IMG/VR virus record: IMGVR_UViG_3300027741_000071
Coordinates: 1-59,260 of that record
Length of the DNA: 59,260 nt
Strand: one strand, 5' to 3'
Origin: a virus
Lineage: Duplodnaviria; Caudoviricetes
A program made the translations under genes and the position numbers. Under the pieces are notes generated by a model that saw only the letters and a program-made list of their open reading frames with translations, did no database searches and was not told the DNA's origin. Below, one piece after another: positions 9,457 to 19,212 of the stretch; the first letter of the stretch is position 1; each line of letters opens with the position of its first letter.

Positions 9457-10374
9457 ATGGCAACTCCAATGCGCAGTACGGACTTTCGTGCGGTAGTCGA
9501 ACCGATTATCAACGAAGTCTTTGACGGTGTTTACGAACAACGTGCCGACGAGTGGAAGGGATTTGTTGAACAGATCCAAGGTATTCCACGTAACTACCAC
9601 GAAGAAGTGATGCTGTACGGTATGAATGCCGCCCCAGCCATGCCTGACGGCACTCCTGTCAGCTATGACCAAGGCGGTACTTTGTACATCACACGTTTCA
9701 TCTATCAAATCTATGGCTTGGCATATGCCTTGACCAAAGTGTTGATGGAAGACGGTGACCATATCCGTATCGGTAGCACCTTCGCTAAGCACTTGGCTCA
9801 ATCCATGATTGAAACCAAAGAAACTTTGTGCGCTAACTTGTTGAACTTCGCGTTCACATCTGGCTACATCGGCGGCGACGGCGTGACATTGATCAACACC
9901 GCTCACCCAATCGCCAACGGCGGTTCTTACTCTAACCAGTTGTCTACAGCTGCTTCTTTGAGCCAAACTTCTGTTGAGCAATTGCTCATCCAGATCCGCT
10001 CTGCAGTTGACAACAACGGTAAGCGTATCCGTTTGAAGGCAGAACAGTTGGTTGTTCCTCCAGCTCTCGAGTTCCAAGCAGAAGTTATTCTGAAATCGGT
10101 TCTCCGCTCTGGTACAGCTGACAACGATCTGAACCCAATCAAGTCTACTGGTATGCTACCAAAGGGCACACACGTTGTGACCCGTTTGAGCTCCAGCAAG
10201 GCCTGGTGGATTCAAACTGACGCAGAAAACGGTCTCATGCTCGTTATGCGCCGCCCAATGGAGAAATCCATGGAAGGTGACTTCGAGACAGACAGCATGC
10301 GTTATAAGGCTACCGAGCGCTACGCGACCGGCTGGCACGATGCCCGTAACATCTACGGCACACAAGGCGTCTAA
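9457..10374 (+). CDS. Major capsid protein (Mu gpT-like HK97 fold)
   Basis: 305 aa; GGDGV.L...HP, LVVPPAL, GTADND.NP, EGDFETDSMRYKATERY..GW.D.R; strong codon bias; followed by terminator. Confidence 0.9.
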   Translation: MATPMRSTDFRAVVEPIINEVFDGVYEQRADEWKGFVEQIQGIPRNYHEEVMLYGMNAAPAMPDGTPVSYDQGGTLYITRFIYQIYGLAYALTKVLMEDGDHIRIGSTFAKHLAQSMIETKETLCANLLNFAFTSGYIGGDGVTLINTAHPIANGGSYSNQLSTAASLSQTSVEQLLIQIRSAVDNNGKRIRLKAEQLVVPPALEFQAEVILKSVLRSGTADNDLNPIKSTGMLPKGTHVVTRLSSSKAWWIQTDAENGLMLVMRRPMEKSMEGDFETDSMRYKATERYATGWHDARNIYGTQGV

Positions 10375-10391
10375 TCATAGGCACTTTGCAA

Positions 10392-10419
10392 AGGCTCACC
10401 CAAAAGGTGGGCCTTTTTT
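10392..10419 (+). terminator. Rho-independent terminator after capsid gene
   Basis: AGGCTCACC-CAAAA-GGTGGGCCT followed by T tract. Confidence 0.85.
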
Positions 10420-10463
10420 ACTTATTGGCTCCCTTTTAACAAAACTTTAACATAGGAAAGAAA

Positions 10464-10733
10464 ATGGAATTTACAATTGAAGCAAACGGTATCCGTTTAT
10501 CTGTTGACGCAGATTTTGATTTAGATTTGACCTATGTACAAGACTTTCTTGACTCATTGGTCCCAACGTTTGAATTCTTCTACGATGAAATTGAAATCGA
10601 CGAAGAAGAAGAAGACGAAATCGAATATGACGAAGACGGTGTGGCTTGGTGGTACGACGAGGAAAACGACGAGTTGTATTATTGCGAAGGCGATATCGAA
10701 GACGAAGATGACTGGGTACTTGTTGAAGAATAA
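10464..10733 (+). CDS. Extremely acidic small protein
   Basis: 89 aa, about 40% D/E, one Arg and no Lys; AGGA RBS; flanked by terminators. Confidence 0.8.
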   Translation: MEFTIEANGIRLSVDADFDLDLTYVQDFLDSLVPTFEFFYDEIEIDEEEEDEIEYDEDGVAWWYDEENDELYYCEGDIEDEDDWVLVEE

Positions 10734-10750
10734 GTTTAGTTAAATCTCAT

Positions 10751-10778
10751 AAAAGCCCGCACATAAGCGGGCTTTTTT
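10751..10778 (+). terminator. Rho-independent terminator (possibly bidirectional)
   Basis: AAAAGCCCGC-ACATAA-GCGGGCTTTTTT. Confidence 0.85.
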
Positions 10779-10783
10779 ATTGC

Positions 10784-10814
10784 GGGCGTTTTAGTCAAAA
10801 ATGTTGCATTAATA
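10784..10814 (+). promoter_or_regulatory. Putative late promoter GGGCG-N16-TGCATTAATA
   Basis: Exact bipartite motif directly after a terminator. Confidence 0.78.
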
Positions 10815-10819
10815 GAAAT

Positions 10820-10905
10820 AGGAAGATTTGCCCCCAACAGGGCCCCTTCGCTTCCGGGGGCTACGATCTAGCGACTGAGTGGGGCTATAAACTCTAGATA
10901 GGAAA
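10820..10905 (+). ncRNA. Candidate structured leader RNA (multi-stem, possible pseudoknots)
   Basis: GCCCC/GGGGC, GGCCCCT/GGGGGCT, loop CTTCC vs upstream GGAAG, ATCTAG vs downstream CTAGAT. Confidence 0.45.
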
Positions 10906-10912
10906 CTATAAA

Positions 10913-11482
10913 ATGTCAGTAACTTTCAATCAGCCGATTCGCGTATACAAGTTTAACAACTCTACAAACGACGGCACAATCGCACCAAGCAACATTGGAG
11001 CAGTTCGCGCTTCTCAACAGCAATTTATCACTAACCCAATCGTTGGCACCACCGCTGCCGCTACGGTTTTGACCACAGCAGACATCGGCACCACTACCGT
11101 GGTTCCGTTCATGTTGCCCGCTGGTGCAATCATTGAAGGCGTGGTGTTGTATCAAGACATAGCAGCCACTGGTTTGACAGGCGGCGTGATTACTGTGTCT
11201 ATCAACCAACCTGATCCAACTACTGGCGTGGTCACAACCACAGCCATCGGCACAATTACCCCTACAGCCGCTGGCGGCCGTATTGCAGGCGTTTTCACAG
11301 CCACTGCAGCCGCCGCAGCAATCTTGGGTAACATCGGCCTTGTTGACGCGTATTTGACCTTCAGTGCAGCTACTGTGTCGGCTAACACCGGTACTTTGGG
11401 TGGTACGATCTCTGTGGACTACACAGCTCGTAACTACACTGGTTCGATTGTTAACGTGGGCCAAGGCTACACCAACAACTAA
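10913..11482 (+). CDS. Virion structural protein (putative)
   Basis: Thr/Ala/Gly-rich with LPAGAII motif; late module. Confidence 0.7.
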   Translation: MSVTFNQPIRVYKFNNSTNDGTIAPSNIGAVRASQQQFITNPIVGTTAAATVLTTADIGTTTVVPFMLPAGAIIEGVVLYQDIAATGLTGGVITVSINQPDPTTGVVTTTAIGTITPTAAGGRIAGVFTATAAAAAILGNIGLVDAYLTFSAATVSANTGTLGGTISVDYTARNYTGSIVNVGQGYTNN

Positions 11483-11492
11483 TTAATTGCCT

Positions 11493-11516
11493 CGGGGGCT
11501 TCGCGCCCCCGTTTTT
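11493..11516 (+). terminator. Rho-independent terminator
   Basis: CGGGGGC-TTCGC-GCCCCCG followed by TTTTT. Confidence 0.7.
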
Positions 11517-11534
11517 AACTTTAAGGAATTAATT

Positions 11535-12347
11535 ATGGCATTAGTCACAAACTTACAACAAAACCCATCACCACCGCATTCCATAACCGTTCAGGGCGCA
11601 TTTGAGCCGTTTGATCTTCAAGTGTCTCGTAATCAAATTATGGGCCATAGTCCAGCAAACATTTTTGCTTATGGAACCACGCCGGCAACAGCAGGTTTGT
11701 TTAGAACGATTTGGGAAAACATGTCGACAACCGACTATGTATTTCCAACATCTGCGTCTGTAATGACTTTGGTGAGCACGGTAAACACAGACACTGCTAC
11801 TATTACAATTACTGGAACAGATGCGAACTACAACCTGCTTACAGAAAATTTGGTATTGAATGGAACGACAAACGTAACTACAGCTAACGTATATTTCCGT
11901 ATCAATAACATATCTGTATCTGCGGGTTCGGCAACCAATCCTTCAGGTGTAATTACATTGTCCGTAAGTAGCACTGTCTACGCGCAGATAAATACGGCTA
12001 CGGTTAATGGGTCAACAACAAGTATTGGTACATCTCAAATGGGTGTGTATACCGTACCAAACGGCTATACATTCTATGGCTATAGATACGGTGCATATTC
12101 ATCGTTTAACGGTAACAGCGTCAATTACACAACATATAGAGCATTGACAAACTCTTCGTCTGGTGTGCAAAGAGTTATTGTTCAAACTCCATATAACACT
12201 ACATATGAAGTGCAACGTCATTTTCCGTTCCCATATGCCGCTGGAACAGATTTAAGATTCCAAGTTGCAAGCAGTGCCGCAACAGCTGCGGTGGTTAGCA
12301 TAAATATCGGTGGTGTTTTAATTAAGAACGACGGTCAAACCGCTTAA
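11535..12347 (+). CDS. Virion structural protein (putative)
   Basis: ATG 11535 with AAGGA RBS; EPFDLQVSR..I.GH and YTVPNGYT motifs; beta-rich. Confidence 0.72.
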   Translation: MALVTNLQQNPSPPHSITVQGAFEPFDLQVSRNQIMGHSPANIFAYGTTPATAGLFRTIWENMSTTDYVFPTSASVMTLVSTVNTDTATITITGTDANYNLLTENLVLNGTTNVTTANVYFRINNISVSAGSATNPSGVITLSVSSTVYAQINTATVNGSTTSIGTSQMGVYTVPNGYTFYGYRYGAYSSFNGNSVNYTTYRALTNSSSGVQRVIVQTPYNTTYEVQRHFPFPYAAGTDLRFQVASSAATAAVVSINIGGVLIKNDGQTA

Positions 12348-12356
12348 GGCTGGTAA

Positions 12357-12977
12357 ATGCCCGTTTATCTTGATACTCGAAGCAATTCGGTTCTTTCTGT
12401 AGCGGTTTGTGACCGCTGTAATAGAAAGTTTCCTTATGTAGAACTCATGCCGGATCCTAATTTTCCCGGCATGAGGGTCTGCAAGGACGATGTGGATAAT
12501 TTTGATCCATGGCGTTTGCCTGCGCGTCAAACTGAAAATATTGCGCTACGTTTCCCCCGCCCTGATGCGTCTGTAGCTACGGGACCAATTGGTGGCAACC
12601 AAATTCAAACAGAAAACGGTTTCCAAAACGGAAACTCGTTCTACATTACTGAAAATTCGTCGAACAACACTGGTAATTTGAACTTAGACAGTACCTACGA
12701 GTTTTTCCCATCGTCAACAATTCCCACGTTGTACTCTATGTCACCAAACTCTGGCACAAAAGCTGGTGGGACTAACGTGACAATCAGCGGGACAAATTTT
12801 GTCAATATTACCAACGTAAAACTTGGTGGTGTTAACATGACAAGTTTTAATATTATAAGCCCAACACAAATGACCGCGGTTACACCCGCGTATCAAATTA
12901 CGGGCCTTGTTGACCTTTCTGTCATATCTACATTTGGTACGTCTGTTTTACACGGTGCGTATACATACACGACATAA
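12357..12977 (+). CDS. Protein with N-terminal CxxC motif and C-terminal IPT/TIG (Ig-like) domain
   Basis: AVCDRC...GMRVC; SPNSG..AGGTNVTISGTNF is an IPT/TIG signature. Confidence 0.72.
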   Translation: MPVYLDTRSNSVLSVAVCDRCNRKFPYVELMPDPNFPGMRVCKDDVDNFDPWRLPARQTENIALRFPRPDASVATGPIGGNQIQTENGFQNGNSFYITENSSNNTGNLNLDSTYEFFPSSTIPTLYSMSPNSGTKAGGTNVTISGTNFVNITNVKLGGVNMTSFNIISPTQMTAVTPAYQITGLVDLSVISTFGTSVLHGAYTYTT

Positions 12978-12986
12978 GAATAAGAA

Positions 12987-15900
12987 ATGGCTGATCAAAG
13001 TATAACCCAACTACCAATTGCTTTTAACCTTACTGGTAATGAGCAAACTGTTGTCGTACAAGGTGGTGTTACAAAACAGGCTTCTGTTTCGCAGATTGCC
13101 AATGCCGCTTCGCCAGGAAAATTAATCACCAATGTAAGTTATAACCCTGAAAACGGAGATTTAACATTTTATTATAGCGATGGTAGTAATGCCACGGTGG
13201 GGCCGGTTTCGGGTTCTTCTGGTGCTACCGGATCGTCTGGATATAGCGGATTTTCAGGTTACAGCGGCAAATCGGGTTATAGCGGCTATAGCGGCTCTGG
13301 CTTAAGTGGATATAGCGGTATCGGTGTAAGTGGTTATAGTGGTTTTAGTGGCTACAGTGGCGCCGGTGTAAGCGGTTATAGTGGATACAGTGGCGCGGGT
13401 GTTAGTGGATACAGCGGTAAATCCGGCTATAGCGGATATAGTGGATCTGGTGTAAGCGGCTATAGTGGCTACAGTGGCGCGGGTGTGAGTGGATACAGCG
13501 GATATAGCGGCGCGGGTGTAAGCGGTTATAGCGGGTATAGCGGATCTGGTGTAAGCGGCTATAGTGGATCTGGTGTGAGCGGTTATAGTGGCTATAGTGG
13601 TGCTGGACTTAGCGGTTACAGCGGATATAGCGGCGCGGGTGTAAGCGGTTATAGCGGGTATAGCGGATCTGGTGTAAGCGGCTATAGTGGATCTGGTGTA
13701 AGCGGCTATAGTGGCTACAGTGGCGTGGGTGTAAGTGGATACAGCGGATATAGCGGCGCGGGTGTAAGCGGTTATAGCGGGTATAGCGGATCTGGTGTAA
13801 GCGGCTATAGTGGATCTGGAGTAAGCGGCTATAGTGGCTACAGTGGCGCGGGTGTAAGTGGATACAGCGGATATAGCGGCGCGGGTGTAAGCGGTTATAG
13901 CGGGTATAGTGGATCTGGTGTAAGCGGCTATAGTGGATCTGGTGTAAGCGGCTATAGCGGATACAGCGGATCCGGTGTAAGCGGCTATAGTGGATATAGC
14001 GGATCTGGTGTAAGCGGCTATAGTGGCTCTGGCGTAAGTGGTTACAGCGGAACTTCCGGCTATTCTGGTTCCTCAATAGCAATTGGCGGAACTAGCACGC
14101 AACTCCAGTATAACAATTCTGGAGCGTTGGGCGGTGTGGCAAACATTACTTATAATGGCTCAACTACAACGCAAACAAGCGGGACAATTGACGGAACAAC
14201 TATTGGCGGCACAACCCCTGCGGCTGGTACGTTTACTACGTTAATTGGCGGCGGCGGTTCAGCTAACTACATCCAAGCGACAGGCGGGGCTACAACTAAA
14301 GCAGTTCAGTTTCAAACGCTTGGTAGCGATGCGGCTGTATCCCTAGCCATACAACCCAAAGGCACAGGTGCAATAGACCTAGCGGCTGGTTCTAGCGGTG
14401 TGAACATTTCTAACGGTGGTACGGTTACTGCGCTGACAAGAACTGCTGGTGGTGCAGGATATACATCCTATCCAAGTGTTGCTATTTCAGCTCCCACTAC
14501 AGCTGGTGGTGTACAAGCTACTGCGACTTGCACGGTGATGTTTAACGCCGCGGCGACTATTGCAAGTGGTGGCACAGGATACACGGTTGGCGATGTGCTA
14601 ACAATGGTTGGTGGAACCCCAACGTCAACTGGCGGTACATTTACCGTTACAACTGTATCTTCTGGCGCTGTAACAGGGGTAACAGCAAATTCAAAAGCAT
14701 ACACGGCATTGCCATCTAACCCAGTTTCAACAACTGTTAGTCCCGCAGGCGGAACTGGTTGCACGTTAAACGTCACATATTCTATTGACCCCGGTGGTCT
14801 AACAATTGGAACAGCAGGTTCTGGATATGTTGAACAGCCAACGGTAACAATTAGTGGTGGCGGCGGTAGCGGCGGCACTGGCTATGCTACTGTGGGTAGT
14901 GTTCCAAAGATTACAAGTCTTGGTGGTGATTTATCGTTTTATACACCAGGCGGTGAGGCATTTCGTGTAGCGGATATTGGTGGTACAACAGTTAACTATG
15001 TAAGCGTTAGGGGAGATACCTCCACTGGAAATACGCCAAAAATTATAGCGGCTGGAGCAAGTGGAACTTTAAATTTAGCTATTTCTAGTAAATCTTCTGG
15101 CGCTATAATTTTTTATACCAATAGTTCTACAAACACTCAGATGCAGGTTACTCACACAGCATCATCAGTTAACTACGTACAGGTGACGGGTGCGGCTACT
15201 AATAGCGGCCCAGAAATATCATCCCAAGGTAGTGATACTTCTGTTTCCATTAACTACACTGCAAAAAATGCAGGAAACCACATCTTTAAACAGGCTGGCG
15301 GTACTAATTTTAGGGTTAACTACAGCGTAACGGCACCAATAAATTATTTAGCAGTAACTGGCTCATTGACTGGTAGCAGTCCTAGTTTATATAGTCAAGG
15401 CTCAGACACAGACATTGACCTAACCCTAACACCCAAAGGCGCAGGAACTGTTAAAACTTCAGGAACAGGTATTAGGCTTGTAGGCGCTTCTTCTGGTTAT
15501 GTAGGCTTAAAAGGCGCTGCTGCTGCGGGTTCTACTACATATCAATTACCTGCTGCTGATGGCACAAGCGGGCAGGTTTTATCTACTAACGGTTCTGCAG
15601 TACTATCTTGGGCTACTGCCAGTGGTGGTGGAGGGGGAACGCCGGGAGGTTCAAGTGGGCAGCTTCAATATAATAACAGCAGCTCATTTGGCGGTGTAAC
15701 AAACGTTACGGTTACTACAGGGCAGACGACTGCAAGAATAGACCCTAGAGTTTCCGTTGAATCAAACTCAGCAACCAGTGTCACGCCGGACATTAGTTTG
15801 TATGATATGTATGTGTGGACTGGGTTGTCTACCGCTGGAACTTTAACAATCAATATTCCGTCAGGAACCCCACTAAACGGCGATAAATTAATGTTTAGAA

Positions 15901-16088
15901 TACAAGATGACGGCACGTCTGGTGCGGTTACTTTGTCTTGGGTTCAAAGCGGTACAGGGTGTTTTAGAACAATTAACGTCCCGCTCCCGACTACAACCGG
16001 CGGCGCTGCAAAAGTAGTTTATGTTGGGTGTATATATAACTCGTTTAGCGCAACTTGGGATGTGATTGCATCCGGAACGCAGTTTTAA
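12987..16088 (+). CDS. Tail fibre protein with Gly-Tyr-Ser collagen-like tract
   Basis: MAD.SITQLP N-term, about 280 aa of (GYS/GVS)n, repeated beta modules, WDVIA C-term. Confidence 0.82.
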   Translation: MADQSITQLPIAFNLTGNEQTVVVQGGVTKQASVSQIANAASPGKLITNVSYNPENGDLTFYYSDGSNATVGPVSGSSGATGSSGYSGFSGYSGKSGYSGYSGSGLSGYSGIGVSGYSGFSGYSGAGVSGYSGYSGAGVSGYSGKSGYSGYSGSGVSGYSGYSGAGVSGYSGYSGAGVSGYSGYSGSGVSGYSGSGVSGYSGYSGAGLSGYSGYSGAGVSGYSGYSGSGVSGYSGSGVSGYSGYSGVGVSGYSGYSGAGVSGYSGYSGSGVSGYSGSGVSGYSGYSGAGVSGYSGYSGAGVSGYSGYSGSGVSGYSGSGVSGYSGYSGSGVSGYSGYSGSGVSGYSGSGVSGYSGTSGYSGSSIAIGGTSTQLQYNNSGALGGVANITYNGSTTTQTSGTIDGTTIGGTTPAAGTFTTLIGGGGSANYIQATGGATTKAVQFQTLGSDAAVSLAIQPKGTGAIDLAAGSSGVNISNGGTVTALTRTAGGAGYTSYPSVAISAPTTAGGVQATATCTVMFNAAATIASGGTGYTVGDVLTMVGGTPTSTGGTFTVTTVSSGAVTGVTANSKAYTALPSNPVSTTVSPAGGTGCTLNVTYSIDPGGLTIGTAGSGYVEQPTVTISGGGGSGGTGYATVGSVPKITSLGGDLSFYTPGGEAFRVADIGGTTVNYVSVRGDTSTGNTPKIIAAGASGTLNLAISSKSSGAIIFYTNSSTNTQMQVTHTASSVNYVQVTGAATNSGPEISSQGSDTSVSINYTAKNAGNHIFKQAGGTNFRVNYSVTAPINYLAVTGSLTGSSPSLYSQGSDTDIDLTLTPKGAGTVKTSGTGIRLVGASSGYVGLKGAAAAGSTTYQLPAADGTSGQVLSTNGSAVLSWATASGGGGGTPGGSSGQLQYNNSSSFGGVTNVTVTTGQTTARIDPRVSVESNSATSVTPDISLYDMYVWTGLSTAGTLTINIPSGTPLNGDKLMFRIQDDGTSGAVTLSWVQSGTGCFRTINVPLPTTTGGAAKVVYVGCIYNSFSATWDVIASGTQF
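13213..14070 (+). repeat. Low-complexity coding repeat (SGY/SGV)n
   Basis: Tandem near-identical units such as ggtgtaagcggctatagtgg; boundaries approximate. Confidence 0.9.
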
Positions 16089-16091
16089 TAT

Positions 16092-17648
16092 ATGGCAAGT
16101 AGATACTGGGTTAGAAACGCTATTGGTAATTGGAGTAGTACGGCAAACTGGTCCGCTAGTTCAGCCGCGACTTCCGGAGGTGCATCTGTTCCGGGCACAG
16201 CAGATACAGCCTTTTTTTCAGCAAACTCGCAGTTGGGCAATTGCACGGTAGATTCAAATGTCACAGTACTTAGTGTGAACATGACGGGTTATAGCGGAGG
16301 GCTAACTTTTAATTCTGCTGGAAATACTATTACACTTACAAGTACGGGCACGATTTTTACGGGAAGCACAACCGCAACAATTTTCAGAAGTGGCGCGTCA
16401 TTAACTGGGGACAATATTGTCACCTTTGGGTCAACTACAGCTACAAAAACAATAACTACTGGGGCCGTATCAGAAACTAACGCGCTTAATTTTAATATTA
16501 ACACCACTTCAACGGGGCCATACGCACTTGGAACTTCTGTTTTTGGAAATTTTGTTCACACTGCCGCACCGATAACCACATCGGGAATAACCGTTTACGG
16601 TGATTTATACCTAAATAGTGTCTCTTCATTTACGGGGTCAATTACTATGGCCCCGGGATTGTCCGTGGCTGCAACAGCAATGGTGGCGGGAACTAAATAC
16701 ACAATCACAAGTGCGGGCACTACCAACTTTACTTCGTATGGCGCAACTTCAAACAAACCAAATACACTTTTTACGGCAACAGGGCCCGGCACTGGTACTG
16801 GCACGGTAACACCAACTAGATTTATATATACCTATTATACTTCTGTGCCACTTTATATTGGAAATGGAAGTAGTCAAGGTTCGGTTGCTTTAGCTGCTTC
16901 AATATCAAGCCTCACTGGAGTTACTATACAAAGTGGTTTTTTTAACAATAATGCGAACCGTATAGATTTACAGAACACGGGGCAATATTTTAATTATAAT
17001 AACTCAAACACTAAAAACATAGTAATTAATGCAGTACCAAGTTCTCTTACGTATAGTCTCAGACTTAGTGCGGATAATAATTCTTTTAACGGTTCTAGCA
17101 CAAACACAACATTAGATTTTTCTACAGCAATTTTAAGTTTTTCTATTAACAGTATTACTTATTCTACAAGCCAAACTTTTTCTTCCGGGATTAAAATAGG
17201 AACTGTTATACTAAACTTTTCGGGTTCTGTGGCAAGTACATTTGCATTTCTGGGTAATAATATAACAATTTATAACTTTGATATTAGCGGATATTATAAT
17301 TTTTCAGCTAATAACATTGTGCAGTTTGATGCTGCATCAAATATATATATGGGCAATTTAAGAAGGTATTCCGGTAGTTATTACAGTATAACTACTAGAA
17401 TTATTATTAAAAGTTCTATTGCGGGAAATCCATTTACACTGAATAAAATTGGCGGAGGGTGCGGCTATTTTGTTGGAACTGCTTTACAAGATTGTACAGG
17501 CTCTCCCTCAAATGCTTGGGTTGCAAACACGGGCGTGACAAACACTTATAATAACAACTATTTTGGAAACAACACAAACGTAAGCGGTAATTCTGGTATT
17601 GTGTTTAACCAATACCCCGCACTAGGTGGTTTCAACGAGTTTTTTTAA
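16092..17648 (+). CDS. Tail fibre/receptor-binding protein (putative)
   Basis: RYWV...W.STANWS..S..GGASVP...D N-term; Ser/Thr/Asn-rich; AT-rich 3' half. Confidence 0.7.
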   Translation: MASRYWVRNAIGNWSSTANWSASSAATSGGASVPGTADTAFFSANSQLGNCTVDSNVTVLSVNMTGYSGGLTFNSAGNTITLTSTGTIFTGSTTATIFRSGASLTGDNIVTFGSTTATKTITTGAVSETNALNFNINTTSTGPYALGTSVFGNFVHTAAPITTSGITVYGDLYLNSVSSFTGSITMAPGLSVAATAMVAGTKYTITSAGTTNFTSYGATSNKPNTLFTATGPGTGTGTVTPTRFIYTYYTSVPLYIGNGSSQGSVALAASISSLTGVTIQSGFFNNNANRIDLQNTGQYFNYNNSNTKNIVINAVPSSLTYSLRLSADNNSFNGSSTNTTLDFSTAILSFSINSITYSTSQTFSSGIKIGTVILNFSGSVASTFAFLGNNITIYNFDISGYYNFSANNIVQFDAASNIYMGNLRRYSGSYYSITTRIIIKSSIAGNPFTLNKIGGGCGYFVGTALQDCTGSPSNAWVANTGVTNTYNNNYFGNNTNVSGNSGIVFNQYPALGGFNEFF

Positions 17649-17664
17649 CAGAGGAAATATAAAC

Positions 17665-17934
17665 ATGGCTTTAATCAAATCAATTGATACAGACTACGGA
17701 ATAGCAGCGACCTATTGGAACATTGGCGCGGTCCAAGAAGATTTCAAAGGCAAAGGCACAGAAGTAACTTTTTACGGCTATGCCTCCAAGGAAGCCCGTG
17801 AAGCTGGCAAACAACCGCTATCCGCTGGTAAGGTACAGATCGCCGGTGATGAATACATTGCTGGTGCAGACCGTGCTGTTTTATACTCTATCATCAAACA
17901 AAAACCTGAGTTCGAAGGTGCAGAGGACGCATAA
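17665..17934 (+). CDS. Small fibre-associated protein
   Basis: ATG 17665 with GAGGA RBS; MALIKSIDTDYG...YW...Y..IK..PEFEGAED pattern. Confidence 0.7.
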   Translation: MALIKSIDTDYGIAATYWNIGAVQEDFKGKGTEVTFYGYASKEAREAGKQPLSAGKVQIAGDEYIAGADRAVLYSIIKQKPEFEGAEDA

Positions 17935-17946
17935 CATTAATATGTA

Positions 17947-17955
17947 TGGTATAAT
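17947..17955 (+). promoter_or_regulatory. Extended -10 (TGnTATAAT) sigma70-type promoter upstream of the glycosyltransferase cluster
   Basis: TGGTATAAT 28 nt upstream of a TTG start that has an AGGAG RBS. Confidence 0.5.
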
Positions 17956-17982
17956 GAGAGCTCTTAACTTTAGGAGAGCACC

Positions 17983-19212
17983 TTGAAATATAGTATTGTA
18001 ATACCAACGTATAACAACTGCGAGAAGTATTTAAAACCTTGTATTGATTCTATCATCAAATACACCGACATGAAAGATGTTGAGTTGGTGGTTGTGGCCA
18101 ACGGTTGCACGGATAACACAAGCGCGTACCTTAATTATTTAAGTTCAACTGGTATTAATTTAGTGTGGCCTTGGTACGATGAGCCACTGGGTTTTTCTAA
18201 AGCTGTTAACAAAGGTATTAGTGCCACGTCAACCGGCAAGATTGTGTTGTTAAATAACGACACAATTTTACTGGACCAGAAAAAAAATACGTGGTTGGAG
18301 CGTTTGGACACCGGTGACATTTCGGCGGTGCTGACAAACTACTCAGACATTATACAGTCCAAATTTGGCGTATTCTTCTGCGTAATGATTCAAAAAAGAG
18401 TGCTTAACCAAATTGGGCTGCTGGACGAGCAGTTTGAGGTCGGTGGCTGCGAGGATATTGATTTTTGTTTTCGGGCCCTGCAAGAGGGGTTTAAACTCGT
18501 TGACGTGGGCCATTTAGGTGACTTCCCAATCTACCATGTGGCCGAGGGTACGGTACATGATGAAACGTTGGTAAAAGGCTGGAAGCATTTCTTTTCTGAA
18601 AATGAGCTAAGGTTGGCCAGAAAACACAACATGGACCACTATCGTTTCTTGTTGTCAAACAACTACGAGCGCGCGGTGTTTCTAAAAGGTGACCCAGTGT
18701 TCCCGCGCGAGACACAGCGCTACGAATGGGCCGCAAAGAATCTGGTTGGCGAGCAGGTGTTGGAGATTGGGTGCTCCACCGGCTACGGCTACCAGTTTTT
18801 GCCAGAGGGCACGACGTACATGGGGTTGGATTACGACGAACAGATTATTGGGATTGCGAAGGACCAACAGTGGTCTGACAACGCATCGTTTTACCACGCG
18901 GACATTAATACGTTTGAGCTGGGCCGGTACAACACCATTATTGCTTTTGAGGTAATTGAACACCTTGATAATGGTTTGGAGGTTGTTGAAAAGCTAAAGA
19001 AACACTGCAAGCGCTTAATGATCACGGTACCGTACAACGAGCCTAAAGGGTTTTGGGGCGAGCATCACAGGTTACACGGTTTAACAGAGAAAGATTTCCC
19101 AGGGTTTAATTTTGCCTACATTGACTTCAACGGCAACATTACGGACACAAAGAACGACGAGTCTGGTGACAACCCCGCCAACTTGATGATCTGTTGGTGC
19201 GACAATGAGTAA
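17983..19212 (+). CDS. Glycosyltransferase family 2 fused to SAM-dependent methyltransferase
   Basis: SIVIPTYN, LLNND, EDIDFC (GT-A fold); VLEIGCSTGYG and FEVIEHL (class I MTase). Confidence 0.88.
   Translation: MKYSIVIPTYNNCEKYLKPCIDSIIKYTDMKDVELVVVANGCTDNTSAYLNYLSSTGINLVWPWYDEPLGFSKAVNKGISATSTGKIVLLNNDTILLDQKKNTWLERLDTGDISAVLTNYSDIIQSKFGVFFCVMIQKRVLNQIGLLDEQFEVGGCEDIDFCFRALQEGFKLVDVGHLGDFPIYHVAEGTVHDETLVKGWKHFFSENELRLARKHNMDHYRFLLSNNYERAVFLKGDPVFPRETQRYEWAAKNLVGEQVLEIGCSTGYGYQFLPEGTTYMGLDYDEQIIGIAKDQQWSDNASFYHADINTFELGRYNTIIAFEVIEHLDNGLEVVEKLKKHCKRLMITVPYNEPKGFWGEHHRLHGLTEKDFPGFNFAYIDFNGNITDTKNDESGDNPANLMICWCDNE

Noticed and set aside
9430-10077. Long antisense ORFs (e.g. 9430-10077, 10916-11464, 33514-34050, 37162-37701)
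   Set aside because: They are shadows of strongly codon-biased or repetitive sense genes, with no RBS or recognisable motifs.
10820-10912. Hammerhead ribozyme
   Set aside because: CTGAG and GAAA are present, but the CUGANGA core and correct stem arrangement are missing.
17912-17942. Another copy of the phage promoter (AACATTAATA)
   Set aside because: It lacks the TG of the core and the GGGC element; the nearby TGnTATAAT explains the region better.
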